Positions 47,173 through 60,897 of a stretch of DNA of 64,000 bases are shown here, in pieces (position 1 is the first letter of the stretch; each line of letters starts with the position of its first letter). Under the pieces are notes generated by a model. That model worked only from the letters and a program-made list of their open reading frames with translations. It had not been told where the DNA came from and searched no databases. The stretch covers positions 62,001 through 126,000 of the forward strand of contig JBEUKZ010000137.1 of assembly GCA_048128005.1 (NCBI GenBank). The letters run 5' to 3'. This stretch comes from Veleropilina oligotropha (Eukaryota). The position numbers and the translations under genes were made by a program.

Positions 47173-48759
47173 GCCATTAGGTCAAGGAATTACAAATTTT
47201 GAATCTAGACAAAAATATTGACAAATACAGGAGTTTGTGACTGCAATTATATCGCTCATATACACTGTACATTTGTGTACGATTAATACAAAATGAAGAT
47301 CAGAATTAGGTAAATGACAAGTTAATTATATTTTCCTGGTGTCTACAAAATGGCATACTTAATTGATGACCATTATTCCTGAATCATTGTCCGATTGATT
47401 ATATTTTCGTCAATATCTTCATTGGTGAAAATCAGACACATGATAATATATGCTTATTCCAGTACATCTGTATAATAATGATATTTTGGGCATTATTATG
47501 TTATTTTTAATAGCACTTCTTTCAAAGTAAATGAGCTCATAAACATTTATTTCAGAACAATGACTCCTACCGTCCAAATCGAGTTCAATATGAAGGGCAT
47601 AAATAAAAAGAAGCTGGCATTTGGCAGAACTGCCGTATGTTCAGCTATGGAAGGTATTTGAAAAGTCATAAGAAAGCATTTCTCAATTATTTATTCACTC
47701 TCTATAGAAAGAGGTGGACAGACGAATGTTGTTGCAGATGTTTTGTTGCCCTGTTTCCAAGAGGAGTTAACTGCTTCCGAGTGGATAGTGCTCCAGACAC
47801 TCATCCGAGACAGCCAGGAGGGTCTGGGTATGAGGCCAGCCGGCGGCTTGTTCTACCGCTTAAAATATTCAACTGCTTAATATGTTAAGGAACAAAATTA
47901 AAACAGTATTTAGGTTGTTCCAATTCCATTAGTGAAGTTGACCGTCCGGCTTTCTGGATCAAAAGTAAAAGAAAAAACTCTAATCAACTGACATATAAAG
48001 TATCCATCTTGTGCAACAGTGTTGTGGTATTTTATAAGATGTCAAATGTCAGACAAAGTAAATCTGGTGTGTTTTTTAATCAATAGGCGACGAACGCATA
48101 CAAACGACAAACACAAATTTTCCGCGATATCTAGCTTTGGAGTACTGTTGTTCTTGTTAATTAAGCACTCATTTTTCATCAGTTGTTTTTATTTTGCATG
48201 CATATTTATTGTATATTTTCAGAAAGTGTTGTGGCAGCTCATTCCACAACAGTGTCGGCGGCTCGAGAGAGGATCGGATAATACTTAAAGTATGCGTATC
48301 AGCGGCGAGCAGGCATAGTCACCGACTAAAGTCATCTCGATTTAAAATGTATATATATATGGCGTAAATACAAAAGATTTATCGGTTTTGAACTCTGTTT
48401 CTTTTATTGTTTTCAGTTGGTTTTGTCCCAAAATGATGTTCTGTGTCGCTTGTATGAGCAAGGCGTGGGTCCAGGACTGGTTTATATTATATATTACTGT
48501 TGCTCACGGACTAAAACGTTGATTGTATTTTAGGACAGCAGACTCGGCTAGTTCTTGCTAAGATACATGCGTAACGTAAGGCAAAACTGGTTATCCTCGC
48601 TATCCTCTCATTTTAGTCTTGGAACAACAGTAAGCTAGTCCTGAATCACCCTTGCTCATAAAACAGGACTCTGATGATGTTTAAGTTACCCGGCATAAAT
48701 CTGATCAATCATGCTTGAGTGATGAGACTGACACATAAAGAAAGATTTCCGAAATACCC

Positions 48760-49000
48760 GATTGGATCAATGCTTAATAACCTGTATATTACAACATACA
48801 GGTTTCGTTAAGGACATGCCCATATTATCGACAGAGTAAAGCCCGGTCGCTCGAAGAAACCTTCCTTCCCCGGTCAGCTACGAACAACAATGATGGTAAC
48901 TTAAAAAAGAATGCTATTGCCCCAACCGAGATTCAAACGCACCCCTGTTTGTGACAGAAGTCAAGCCAGAGATTTCACAGTCGACATTCAATATCACACA
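48760..49000 (-). mobile_element. SINE copy, diverged (family of 53570-53825)
   Basis: Shared aggacatgcc, cccggtc, caagccag.gatttca blocks. Confidence 0.5.
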
Positions 49001-49099
49001 ATATACCAGAGCGAAAACGTGATTCTAAATCAGGTAGTCTTACATACGCAGTAAACCGAGCAACATACGCGCTTTCCGATGCATAGATTTTAGACTGAT

Positions 49100-50003
49100 G
49101 AAAGGCGTCTATTTAGGTCTTCTATTACGTGTTGTGCACAACGTCTTACTGACATCATGTATCCGATGTCTTATTTTGGTCATATATGCATAAACAAAAG
49201 ACGTCTTTTATAGGACGTCTAAAAGACGTCTTTTATGAGAAGACAACAAAGTCTAACTTTATTTCGAAGTCCGAAAGACGTCTTTATACGACGTCTAACA
49301 AACGTCTTATTTTGGTGGAATATGCAAAACAAAAAGGCGTCTTTTATAGGACGCCTAAAAGACGTCTTTAATTCGGACGTCTATAAGACGTCTTTAATTC
49401 GACGTCTATAAGACGTATTTAATTTGACGTCTAAATGACGTCTTTTACACGACGTCTACAAGACGTCTTATTTTGGCCGTATATGCAAAACAAAAAGACG
49501 TCTTTTATACGACGTCTGAAAGACGTCTTTAATTCGACGTCTAAAAGACGTATTTTATGCGATGTCTAAAAGACGTCTTTTATACGACGTCTTATTTTGG
49601 GCGTATATGCAAAATCAAAAGACGTCTTTTATACGACGTCTTTAATTCGACGTCTAAAAGACGTCTTTTATGTGATGTCTAAAAGACGCCTTTTATACGA
49701 CGTCTTATTTTGGGTGTATATGCAAAATCAAAAGACGTCTTTTATACGACGTCTGAAAGACGTCTTTAATTCGACGTCTAAAAGACGTCTTTTATGTGAT
49801 GTCTAAAAGACGTCTTTTATACGACGTCTTATTTTGGGCGTATATGCAAAACCAAAAGACGTCTTTTATACGACGTCTTTTAGACGTCGCATATAGGACG
49901 TCTTTTAGACGTCGTATATAGGACGTCTTTAAGACGTCGTATAAAAGACGTCTTATGGTTTTGCATATAACACATTCTGCTACAGATTGACCCATTCCGC
50001 TGG
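49100..50003. repeat. GACGTC-rich composite tandem array with a terminal inversion; probable foldback MITE
   Basis: ~20-bp AAAAGACGTC subunits in ~120-140-bp higher-order units (tatatgcaaaa..aaaagacgtc); orientation flips near 49875. Confidence 0.7.
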
Positions 50004-50127
50004 AGGGTCAAAACTATCAAAAATAGGGACAAGACCGCTATATTTGTCTGCTGAAGGCTCATGCGTAGTCTTGACCATCGTTTTAAGTTCTAGCCATGTT
50101 GAATTTAGTCCTTACCCAATTATCAGA

Positions 50128-50582
50128 ATTCTCACGAAGACCGAATTCGGTCTTGACCAGGAAATAAGGTTTCTCAAGAAGACCGAATTCGGTCTTCACC
50201 CTGAAATCAGATGTCTCACCAAGACCGAATTCGGTCTTCACCCTGAAATCAGATTTCTCACCAAGACCGAATTCGGTCTTCACCCTGAAATCAGATTTCT
50301 CACCAAGACCGAATTCGGTCTTCACCCTGAAATCAGATTTCTCACCAAGACCGAATTCGGTCTTCACCCTGAAATCAGATTTCTCACCAAGACCGAATTC
50401 GGTCTTCACCCTGAAATCAGATTTCTCACCAAGACCGAATTCGGTCTTCACCCTGAAATCAGATTTCTCACCAAGACCGAATTCGGTCTTCACCCTGAAA
50501 TCAGATTTCTCACCAAGACCGAATTCGGTCTTCACCCTGAAATCAGATTTCTCACCAAGATCGAATTCGGTCTTCACCAGGA
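50128..50582. repeat. 42-bp minisatellite, 11 copies, each with an 18-bp palindrome
   Basis: AAGACCGAATTCGGTCTT at 50137 and every 42 bp to 50557 (last copy has one mismatch). Confidence 0.95.
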
Positions 50583-50673
50583 ACTATGACTTATGCTGTG
50601 GCAATGTACGTCGTCTGTCTGTCCGTTCACCACCTTTGTTTTCGCACATCTCAAGAATTATATCATGTTTAGT

Positions 50674-50884
50674 GGCATCGGTGGGTGAGTGGTTAGCCGG
50701 TCAGACTCTCAACCGAAGCTGAGAGTTGGTCCTGGGTTCGAGACCAGCGGCGGTCCATGCTACCTCATAAAATAATAGAAGGCATATCCCTAATGCATGT
50801 CGGTCAGATCGGAGTGAGACCTTAAACCGGGTGTCCTGACTACGATACAGCTGCAAAATTGCTAAAAGTGGTCGTAAAACAATG
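50674..50884 (+). mobile_element. tRNA-derived SINE with an I/Nimb-like 3' tail
   Basis: A-box TGGGTGAGTGG, B-box GGTTCGAGACC, tail cgatacagctgcaaaattgctaaaagtggtcgtaaaaca. Confidence 0.7.
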
Positions 50885-51415
50885 TTTTATTTTCAGCTGT
50901 GTTGATTGAATTGTCACTGAAGTCTGGCCCTTGTTCGAAAACAAAACAAAATGTATTTTCCGCACAATAATTAAACAAATACAATTTATTTCACATTGAA
51001 CCTTGTCGGATGACTTAATCATGACAGCAGGAATAAGCCTGTTCATTTCCGTCAATTTGTCACTGACTTTTCATTTCAGCACGATAACTAAAATAATATA
51101 TATTATTTCAAAATGAAACTGGCCGGATGTCTTAATCATGTGACAACGATAAAGCCTATTCATTTTCAATCACGTCACTCGATTTGTTGATAACATCTTG
51201 CACTTGCTTGAAAACAAAAAGAAATTTTGTTCTGCACGATAACTAAGCAAATATAATTCTTTCATAATGAAACTAAATTGCAAGAATTGGCTTAACCATG
51301 TCAAAAGAAGAAGCCTATTGACTTTCAACCATGCCACACGATTTGTCATTGACCTCTGGTCCTTGTTAGAAAACGAAAGTACATTTTGAGTCATCGTAAC
51401 TATGCAAATACAGAT

Positions 51416-51940
51416 TATTGTATCCCCGAAATTTAACATTTCAGGCATAGTATGGTTTAGGCATCGTTCAGCCGCCGCCGCAGAGATTTCTTGTGCGCGC
51501 TCTACATTGAAAGGTTATAATCCGATTTGATTTAAATTTGGTATTCACGTCAGTTATGATGAGGACACGCCACCTAACGATTTTCGTCGTTTTCGGATCC
51601 AAGATGGTTGCCGTGGTGGCCATTTTGTTTGGAGAGATTTACTGCATGTGCCTTTTTACAGTGCAAAGTTATTATCTGATTTGATTCAAATTTGGTATGC
51701 ATGTTAGTTATGATGAGGACACACAACCTAACAATTTTTTGTCGTTTTTGGATCCAAGATGGCCACCGTGGCGGCCATTTTATTTGAAGAGATTTCTTGT
51801 GCATGATCTACAGTGAATTTATTTTCTGATTTGATATGCAAGTTAGTTGTGATGAGAACACACCGACTAATGATTTACTTTTGTTTTCGGATCCAAGATG
51901 GCCGTCGCGGCGGCCATTTTATTTGAAGACATTTCTTGTT
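51416..51940 (+). mobile_element. HINE-like element with ~140-bp core repeats (related copy at ~56840-57600)
   Basis: tgtatccccgaa head, (GCC)n, repeated ggatccaagatggccgcc..ggccatttt cores. Confidence 0.65.
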
Positions 51941-52032
51941 TTTCAATGAAACTTGCGGAATGGGTTAATCAGTTTACAAGCAAGAAGCCTATTCATATTC
52001 AACGATATCATGTAATGTCATTGAATACTAAT

Positions 52033-52879
52033 CAGGCCTCGAAATTAGCTATTAAATGCCGGTCATGACCGGCAATAAATCGCGTTGGACCGACAAAATA
52101 TATTTGCGGTGACCGTGTGTCGGTCATTGTGACCGACGGCCAATGAATACATCGTCGGACACGCATGTCTGTAAAATATGATTATTTCATTCAAAATCGC
52201 CACTGTTGTTATCTAGCGCATATATTTGTTATAAATATATGGTTGTGTGTTAATAAACTTATGCTGTACCGTACACCTAATCACATCACCAAAGTTAAAC
52301 GTCTTTATCGAATGAACAATCGCCGAATCGGTAAATTCACAGGTGTGTAAATCTCGCACAGTTTACTTCATCGATCGTTGATTTGCTTACGGAAAGCACC
52401 GACTTGAATGCGGGAGAATGAATTTATGAGTTTGACCACCTCACTGTTTATGAGCTGTTCGTATATATATTGTTATCTTATTTTGACGATATTATTTAGG
52501 AAACCAGTATAAACGTGTATATTGCGAAATTAATTGAGTAATTGAGCTTACTTTCATACAACTACTTATCGTCCAAAATATTAATGCGAACTCCCTTCGA
52601 AACGTGTTTGCAAAATGGCGGGCCTCATGGCGTTTGGGTTTACAAGCAAAGCAAATGTGACCGACACCCCCAGTGACCCTAGCAAGAAGCGAAACTCCGA
52701 AGCTTAAGTTACTTATATATAAAGTACATGCCAATTTAGCAAAATACGAAATTTAATAATATTGGACCGATACAAATTATTTTGACAACATTTGGACCGG
52801 CAGTATTTTCACATGACCAGCAGTTTTTTTACTAGCCTGTCCATGGACCGGCAGTGTCAAATTTGAATTTCAACCCCTG
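52033..52879. mobile_element. hAT-like MITE with a 5-bp TSD
   Basis: CAGGCCTCGAAATT / AATTTCAACCCCTG termini; CTAAT on both flanks; GACCGG subterminal repeats. Confidence 0.65.
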
Positions 52880-53319
52880 CTAATTATGCAGGCATATAAT
52901 GTCTCATTCATGTTTCTCTTGTTTTCCCTTTCTTTCTCTCTCTCTCTCGCTGAAAGGCAATCATTATTGTGGCGGTGTGGGTAAATCGTCGTTCCAAGTG
53001 AGCAGGAATGGGTTTGAATGTTTCATTTTCATTATGTGGATGATCAAACATTCCTCTCACCGTTAGATGAACATGTCCTGGTATATGACCGTAAAAGCGT
53101 GTTAAATGTAATCATCGATGCAATGCAATTCCCTTTCTGCATATAACATGTAACATATTTTTACCATTGTACATGCCTTCGCAATATAATACCACCAAAA
53201 TTATATACATAGAAATAATTATTTACAGTTGACATAAACAACATTTAATATGTAATGATGAAAGTTATATTAGTTTCATTCAAGTTTTGAGACTAAATGC
53301 TTCTGTCTTGGTGATAACA

Positions 53320-53825
53320 TTAGATCAAGGCTTTATGTCCTGGGTATTTTCAGTCATTAGGTTCAAGGCATGACATGTACATATTTTTGCGGGAGAAAAC
53401 CCGGTCGCCCAGAGAAACCCGTCTCTCAAGCCAGTTACGTAAAACTGTGATTGATAACTGAGCGAAGAATGTCATGTCCCAACTGAGATTCGAACACAAT
53501 CCTATTAGTTAGCGCAATCGAGCCAGTGATTTCAGAGTCGACACTCGATATCGCACGGAAGAGGAAGAGGAATGATGCTTAATGTCCTGTATATTTACAA
53601 CAACGAGGTTCAAGGACATGTCCGTTCAAGGACATGTCCGTGTTATCGCGGGAGGAAACCCGGGTAAACCCGCCCTCTTCGGCCAGTCACGGACAACTGA
53701 TTCATAACTTGAACAAGTTTCAATGCCTCAGCCAGGTATTGAACCCACTATTGTTCGCATTAGCGGAATCAAGCCAGTGAAGTTAGAGTGGACACTCTAC
53801 CCACTGCGCTGCCGAAGCGGCCTCC
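53320..53825 (-). mobile_element. Two adjacent tRNA-derived SINE copies; the younger (53570-53825) is probably inserted in the older
   Basis: Minus-strand A-box GGCAGCGCAGTGG and B-box GGTTCAATACC; cgatatcgcacggaa is duplicated at ~53547 and ~53826. Confidence 0.65.
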
Positions 53826-55039
53826 GATATCGCACGGAATACTGGGGCGGCCTGTCTTGGTAATGACAAAGATTTTTCTTTACTTGCATATGAAGATCGC
53901 GTTAAGATCCTCATAATTTGACTTTCGCATATTGCAACCGTTCAATATTTGTCTAAAGTTTAATTTTTATATAGAGGGTAACTAAAACCAACTGTATCCA
54001 ACAGAGTAATGATGACAAACAATTTCTGGACAAGCAATAGATTTTTTAAACATAAAGGCAGCGTTATTTCACAGAGTGAAAGTGTAATTAACCAAAATAA
54101 TGGAATGAGAAACATTTCAGTGAATCTAACAACTTGAGTAAAAACATCACTGTTGTGTCACGGTGAACACCAGTTTCGGCTGGAGCTTTATATTCAAAAT
54201 TAACAGAAGACTTTCCAATGTGGGAATGAAACAGAAAAAATGAAAATAAAAGAAATGACTCAGGTCACTGGTATGGCTGGTAGTTCCAAACAGGGAGTTA
54301 TTCATGTTGTTTTAATGTCGATGAGAACTGTTTCAGACAAAGTACAATATTTTTATTGTGCTATATGCACTTCTCGTTCTACCCTTGAATTCCAACAAAG
54401 GATTAGCCGAGATAAATGTAACTTTTCTACATTTCTTTAAACCATACTCTGTTAAAGATGTATTGCATCTTTACAGCACGAAACTCATGAGGATGTATCA
54501 ATCCCCCCTACGGTAACCATCTAGATTCTGAAAATGACCAAAAACGATCAGGATCGTGACTTCATCAAATAAATTAAATCGGATTATAACTGTTAACTGT
54601 ATAACGTCATGCGGAGTTTAGACAAATACTCGTATCACACTCTACGTTTTTGTATCAAACTTCACGTTGACTCGTATGGAATTTACCCACAACTACTTAT
54701 AAGTCACTTGCAAGTAACATGTTAATGACGTGCGAGCTTAAGGCACCTATGAGTTTTGCAAATTCGAAGCAAGTGGAATAAAAGTCATTGTGAGTAGCAA
54801 GTGGCCAGAGTATAAGTAATGAGAGTAGTTACTCATAAGTCGGACTGTTTTATGGTGACTTACAAAGATTTCAATTTTTGGGAGCACTTATGAGGAACTT
54901 CAGTTACAAACTACGTGTTTATAAGGAAACTGTTTATATGTGAGCCAGTCGTGAGTGTCCATTTTCTGGACTTTGACAATTTATTTCAATTAATTCATAA
55001 AGATATCATTTCGTTCTGTGGGAGATAATCATGTGTTTT

Positions 55040-55381
55040 AAGCATTTCTTTGAGATTCAATCATATACAATGAAGTGTATTATAATAATGACTAATCTAT
55101 TTCTAAATTTCAAATATTTTGAGCTTAGAATAACCCACAAGGTGCAATTTACATGATGTTATTCTTTCGTAGCGGTTGCATGTTCATCATCGACAGCCAT
55201 TATATTTATATAAAGGAAGATTTAAAAAAAATAAAATGTGACCTTGCAGATTCTCGTTTGATACGTATGTTTATCCTGTTCGCTATGACAATATCACACT
55301 TGACATCATCTTGTGTGATAATTTCAATGCTGAGGCAGGATAAACGTACATATCAAACTTGCCGCCCCAGGATAACGTTAA
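55040..55381. repeat. Interspersed repeat ending CCCAGGATAACG-TTAA (second copy ~58765-59106)
   Basis: Colinear similarity (tttctttgagattcaatcatatacaatgaa...gccgccccaggataacgttaa); TTAA suggests a piggyBac- or Kolobok-type end. Confidence 0.55.
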
Positions 55382-56149
55382 TATTAAGTGAATATAACAA
55401 CCCACTTCAATTCATAGAGCATATTGTATTTCGAGTAATATGGTTATAATAAGCAATTCAATTCATAATAAAAATTTCGTACTCAGATTGTTGACACTCA
55501 AGTTCATATATAAAATGTAAAGCTATCTTAGTTTCTAATTCTCAATAGTCTGCATATAAGATAAATATATTATAAATTTCAATGTGAAGGTAAAAATTCC
55601 ATGAAAATAATAAATCCAATGTCTGCAATATTGATATGAAAGTAATGAGTCCAATTGCAAGTAAATATCCATTGTGTCAGTATGAAAGTAATGAGTCCTG
55701 GCTCCAACATCCAAACTGGCGATATGAACGTCATAAATCCAACGTTCACAACAGTGACACAAAGATAAAGAATTCCAATGTCCGCACTGATGAAATGAAA
55801 GTAATGCATCCATGTCCACAATAACAATTTGAAGTTAAGATAATCCAATGTGTCCGTACTGACGATAAGTGATGATTCCATGATGATGTTATAGATACAA
55901 TTTATATGTTGCACTAACGATGAAAGGAGTAAATCCAATGTACGTACTGATGATATTAAAATAATGACTGCACTGATGATCATGAAGTACTTAATTCCGT
56001 GTCCGCATAATTACGAATCCGATGGGGATGCACAACTAGAAAATAATCATAAAGATATAATAATAAACAATACAATCAGCTGAAAAGTGTATATTTTACA
56101 TAGTTTTTGTTGATATGAAGCAGATTGCTATGATATACACAAATATACA

Positions 56150-56607
56150 CAACTGTTTAATACACCCACCAAATTTCATCAAGTTATGCCAAGCAGTTTA
56201 TGAGATACGCTTCGGAAAGGAAAATAGTAACAAATTAACAACAAGGGCAATAACTCTGTTTATGAGCACCACACCACGTCGCAACTAGCAAACGGCACCA
56301 ATCCACTGACTACTTAATATATCCAGCAAGTTTTGTCGAGTTATGTCGATCGGTGTATGAGCTATTCTCTGGAAAAGAGAACATTTTAACGAATTTAGAA
56401 CAAGGGAAATAACTCTGTTAATAATTGCGACACGACGTCGAAACTAGCAAAAGGCACCAGTTCACCGAGTACTTAATACACCCAGGAAGTTTCAAAAAGC
56501 TATGTCAAGAGGTGTATGAGATATGCTCCGGAAAAGATAATTTGCATGGACGGATGGACGATCTGCATTTTAATGTCCCCCGCAAATTTTTTTTTGCGGG
56601 GGATAAT
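56150..56607 (-). mobile_element. HINE related to 41941-42457
   Basis: Reverse complement of the ggtgaactggtgccttttg...acagagttatttcccttgtt core; tcccccgcaaa..tttgcggggga inverted repeat. Confidence 0.7.
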
Positions 56608-56839
56608 AAGACTACATAAATAAGTGGATATGTGGATGACAGAAATATGCCAACATAGAGCAGAGCTCTACAGTTTTCATAGCATTAACGAGAACAAGAA
56701 TGTGTTTACTGTTTGGTAAGGCTTCCATTAAATTGTCCGAACTGGAACTCCAGTTGCTGTTGGGAATTTTAACAGTATTAATGATTAAAACTTGATAAAT
56801 CTTCACAAATATCTTAACAAAAGGTATGTCTATGAATTA

Positions 56840-57600
56840 ATTGTATCCCCGAAGTGTAAATGTTAAATAGTATGGTTTATGCATCGTTCAACCGCCGCGT
56901 CCGCCGCAACGATTTCTTGACAAATATCTTAATAAAAGGTATCCCCGAAATGTAAATGTTAAATAGTATGGTTTATGCATCGTTCAGCCTCCGCCGCCGC
57001 ATCTGCCACAGCGATTTCTTGTGTGCGCTCTACAGTGAAAGGTTCTAATCTGATATGATTCAAATTTGGTATGCACGTCAGTTATGACGAGGACATGCCA
57101 CCTAACAATTTTCGTCGTTTTCGGATCCAAGATGGCCACTGTGGCGACCATTTTCATGTACTGTGTGCGCTCTACAGTGAAAAGTTATTATCCGATTTGA
57201 ATCTTATTTGGTATGCGCGTTCGTTATGTTAAGTACATGCCGCCAAAAGATTTACGTCATTTTCGGATACAAGATGGTCACCATGGTGGCCATATTGTTT
57301 GTCGAGATTTCTTATGCGCACTCTACAGTGAAAAGATATTTTCCGATTTGATTCAAATTTAGTATGTACGTCAGTTATGATGACACGTCACCTAACGATT
57401 TTCATCGTTTTTGGATCCAAGATGGCTGCCGTGGCGGCCTTTTTGTTTAGAGAGATATCCTGTGTGCGCTCTACAGTGAACAGTTATTATCTGATTTGAT
57501 TCATATTGAGTATGCGCATTTGTTATCATGATGAGTACATGCCCCCTAAAGATTTACGTCGTTTTCCGATACAAGATGGCCACCATGGTGGCCATTTTGT
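56840..57600 (+). mobile_element. HINE-like element with duplicated head and ~4 core repeats
   Basis: Same family as 51416-51940. Confidence 0.65.
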
Positions 57601-60600
57601 TTGACGAACTTTTATAAATACTGCTTAAAATAATTCTTAGAAATATTAGCTATTCTAAGAAATTTCGTAACAACTTAAGATTCTTTATAAATACGGCCCT
57701 GGTCGGTGTACGGTAAAATTGACACCAGTTGGTCAAAATGACACCAATAGCAAACTAGGTCAAAATGGCCCCCATATATATTTTAATATTTTAGTTCAGT
57801 TATATATAATATTATGTTAAAGCGTGTTTGGTAGAAAATTGAAGAGGTCTTTGTGACATTTCTTAACTCTAGCTGTAGCGCAAAATTACTGTTATTAATA
57901 TATAAAGCAAAATTAATATTATTACTATTAAATTAAGTATTTATATATATAAATACTAGCTTATGCATTGAAATGTCCTAATTATTCCGATTTAAAACTT
58001 AACAAGTGCTATAGAGATAGGGGGATCCCCTGCGCCAAAGCATTATATTAAATTTGTCAATATATGCAAGAAATAGATTTAGTACAATGTATGGATGGTA
58101 TGGAGATTTCTTATTGAAATTGGTCTTTATTTCCTTGATCTATCAGCCAGCATATACATGTTTAAAATATATCTTGAGCAGTCCACATGCACTTATTGAA
58201 TAACTTTGTCCAAACTAGCAAATGTAACACATTATTTGTGTTAAATTAATGAAAATGTCTATGTCCAAATATACAAATTTAACACAGCTTTAATGTTAAA
58301 TTGAATGCAACATCACTGCCAGAGCAACATGTAGCATCACAGAGCCAACCCATATGTACTCACTGAAAAAACTTTAACCAGAAACTTGAAATAAAATTTC
58401 ACAGAATATTTAAATGAAATTTTAATCAATATAACTGTCAGAATAGCCGGTAACAACTATGAAGCATACACCAATGCATGTTTGCAAAAACATGCCTTGA
58501 TCAATCAATATGCGCTAATTGAAAAACTTTAACCGAAAATGTTTCCTAAATTTCTATGTAAAAAAACAGCAATTATTTATTTTAAATTTTTTTAAATATC
58601 ACTTCCAGGATGCATTAAACGGATCCGTCTGACGCAGATGTCGATGCATCCGTTTAACGCATATATGTGTCTTCAGCTTTACTCGACGTCTTCGTATCAT
58701 TTAATTGCGCGTCGTCTGCTAAACGTCATTTCGCATCTACCGGAGATGTTCATGTATTTTTAAATATTTCTTTGAGATTCAATCATATACAATGAATGTA
58801 AATGACTAAACATTTCCTCAGCTTTTCGAATATTCAAGTTATTTTGCACTTAGAATAACCCGAAAGGTGCATTTTATGTGTCGTTATTCATTGCTTAGTG
58901 ATTGTTCAGCATTGAAAAGCATATAAAGTAAGATGTTTTTAAATTGAAATGAAAATAAAAATGTTACCCTGTGGCGTCTTGTTTATACGTACGTTTATCC
59001 TGTTCGCTATAATAATATCACACTCGACTTGTCTCGTGTGACATTTTCAACGCTCACGTACAGGATAAAGGTACATATCAACCTCGCCGCCCCAGGATAA
59101 CGTTAAATATAGTCTTTCATACTGTAGATATAATTAACGAAAACAACAGAAATTGTACATTAAATCAAGAATTGATTATTAAGAAAGCATTATTATGAAA
59201 TAACATTGCATCACAAAATCCTTCTAAAATGATACTTACATCAGTAGATATCTATTAACATGAAGCATCAGAAAATAGTAATTGCAGCAAAATGCAGCCT
59301 AAAATTATCCATAGTTTCCACAAGAAGAAAAACAGGTTTGCAAGAATTGAAATCTCCCTCCAATGCTGGCACGATAAGATTAATGACCTTCCTGTCCAAT
59401 CAGATCTAGAGCAGATACTGCTGTGCACCACAATCCAACTGACCAGAGCAAGGAATATCAAGTTACCTTGTTCTAAGCAATGTCCTTTATTAATGGACAT
59501 CATTTACTCAACAACTGATCACACACAGCCTTGCTAGCTGTGAGTCTGACTTTGTTAATCAAGAATTTTAAAAGATCTTCTTCATGCAAAAAATATTACT
59601 CATGTTGTAGACTGTATACAACACTGTGAAGAATAGAAAATAAACTACCGGTAACTTAGTCATATCAAACCAAATTTGTCATACACCTAAAGAAATCACA
59701 AATAATTTGGTAGCAAATTTTCAATTCCATCTGTATTTAATATTAGGAATATAAAGGTTATTTTGTGGCCATATAGGATCAGTAACATAACAGTGGCTGC
59801 CCTTAGTTTAGTTGGTTGATAATGGGAATATTTTATTGTACACAGCATCTAAATTTAAATGCATATGTGTCTATGATCGAATAATTATGATTAACAATTA
59901 ACAAATTGTAATCTGACATTAAATTAAAGAGCTAATATAAAAATCAAAGAAACTACTGTGGGAAAGACAAATGACTAGACACACTCGTCTAGCAGACTTT
60001 ATCACGCTCTATGGCCATGTCCCCTCATGATGTTGTGAAACGATTTAAAAGGTAAAGGTCTCTTTTAAATTTCCATCTTTCAGACTGACTATAAATTATA
60101 TATTATCCACTCTGTGTAGATGTTTCACAATTAATTATGCATATGTACAATATTATAGCTTATAATTCCAGAATAAGTTTGATATAATAAGCAAGTATAC
60201 ACACTTTTCTGGCATGATTAACAGAGCACAGACATTCATGATTCTTCACTGTGTTTCTCTGGCAAAGGCAGTGATCAAATGGTGGGCACAAAGCACTGTT
60301 CATCAAAGCCATGATTGTAGCTGTGAGCATGCATTCAAACAATTAAAGACTCATTACTTTGGGTACTAATTGCTTGTTCAACCATCCATTGCATGGGTTA
60401 TGGGCTGTGATCTTCTGAAGTCAAACCAGGGTATGGTTCAGTGACCAGCAATTAGGCAATGATATCTGAATAGACAACAGAAGTATGGATGACCAGATGA
60501 ACATGTCAACAATATTAACAATACAAACTTATCTATAAACAGCAATAATTGTGCTGATCATTACTTTTGCATTTAAAATCGTGGACACTTAATTTCACGT

Positions 60601-60897
60601 CATTTTTTCATGTAAATCAACAGCTTATTATCAATGTCATCAAGATTTAAAGGAGGTATTCTTTTTTTTTTTCTGTGTTTTCATATAATATATATTATGT
60701 TGTTTATATAAAAACAGCAAAGTATATGTCGCCTGCATATCATTATATTATATATCGACCAAAATTGAACAGTACCGTCCATCTTAAAAATTTTAAATCA
60801 ATTCAAATATTGAAAATCAAATGCAGGCATACAATAACCAAATGTAAAATATCTGTATTTGCACATCTGCGACAATGGGATGCGCAGCTCTAGTTAT

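Noticed and set aside
48223..48289. Exon-like segment with AG/GT boundaries
   Set aside because: No recognisable protein similarity or partner exons.
50128..50582. CRISPR-like array of palindromic repeats, and the 200-aa/164-aa repeat ORFs
   Set aside because: The intervening sequences are identical rather than unique spacers, there are no cas genes, and the context is eukaryotic. The ORFs are by-products of a 42-bp unit.
60150..60460. Possible degraded pogo-like DDE exon on the minus strand
   Set aside because: Only faint motif hints (NGW) with stops in all frames examined; not supportable without an alignment.
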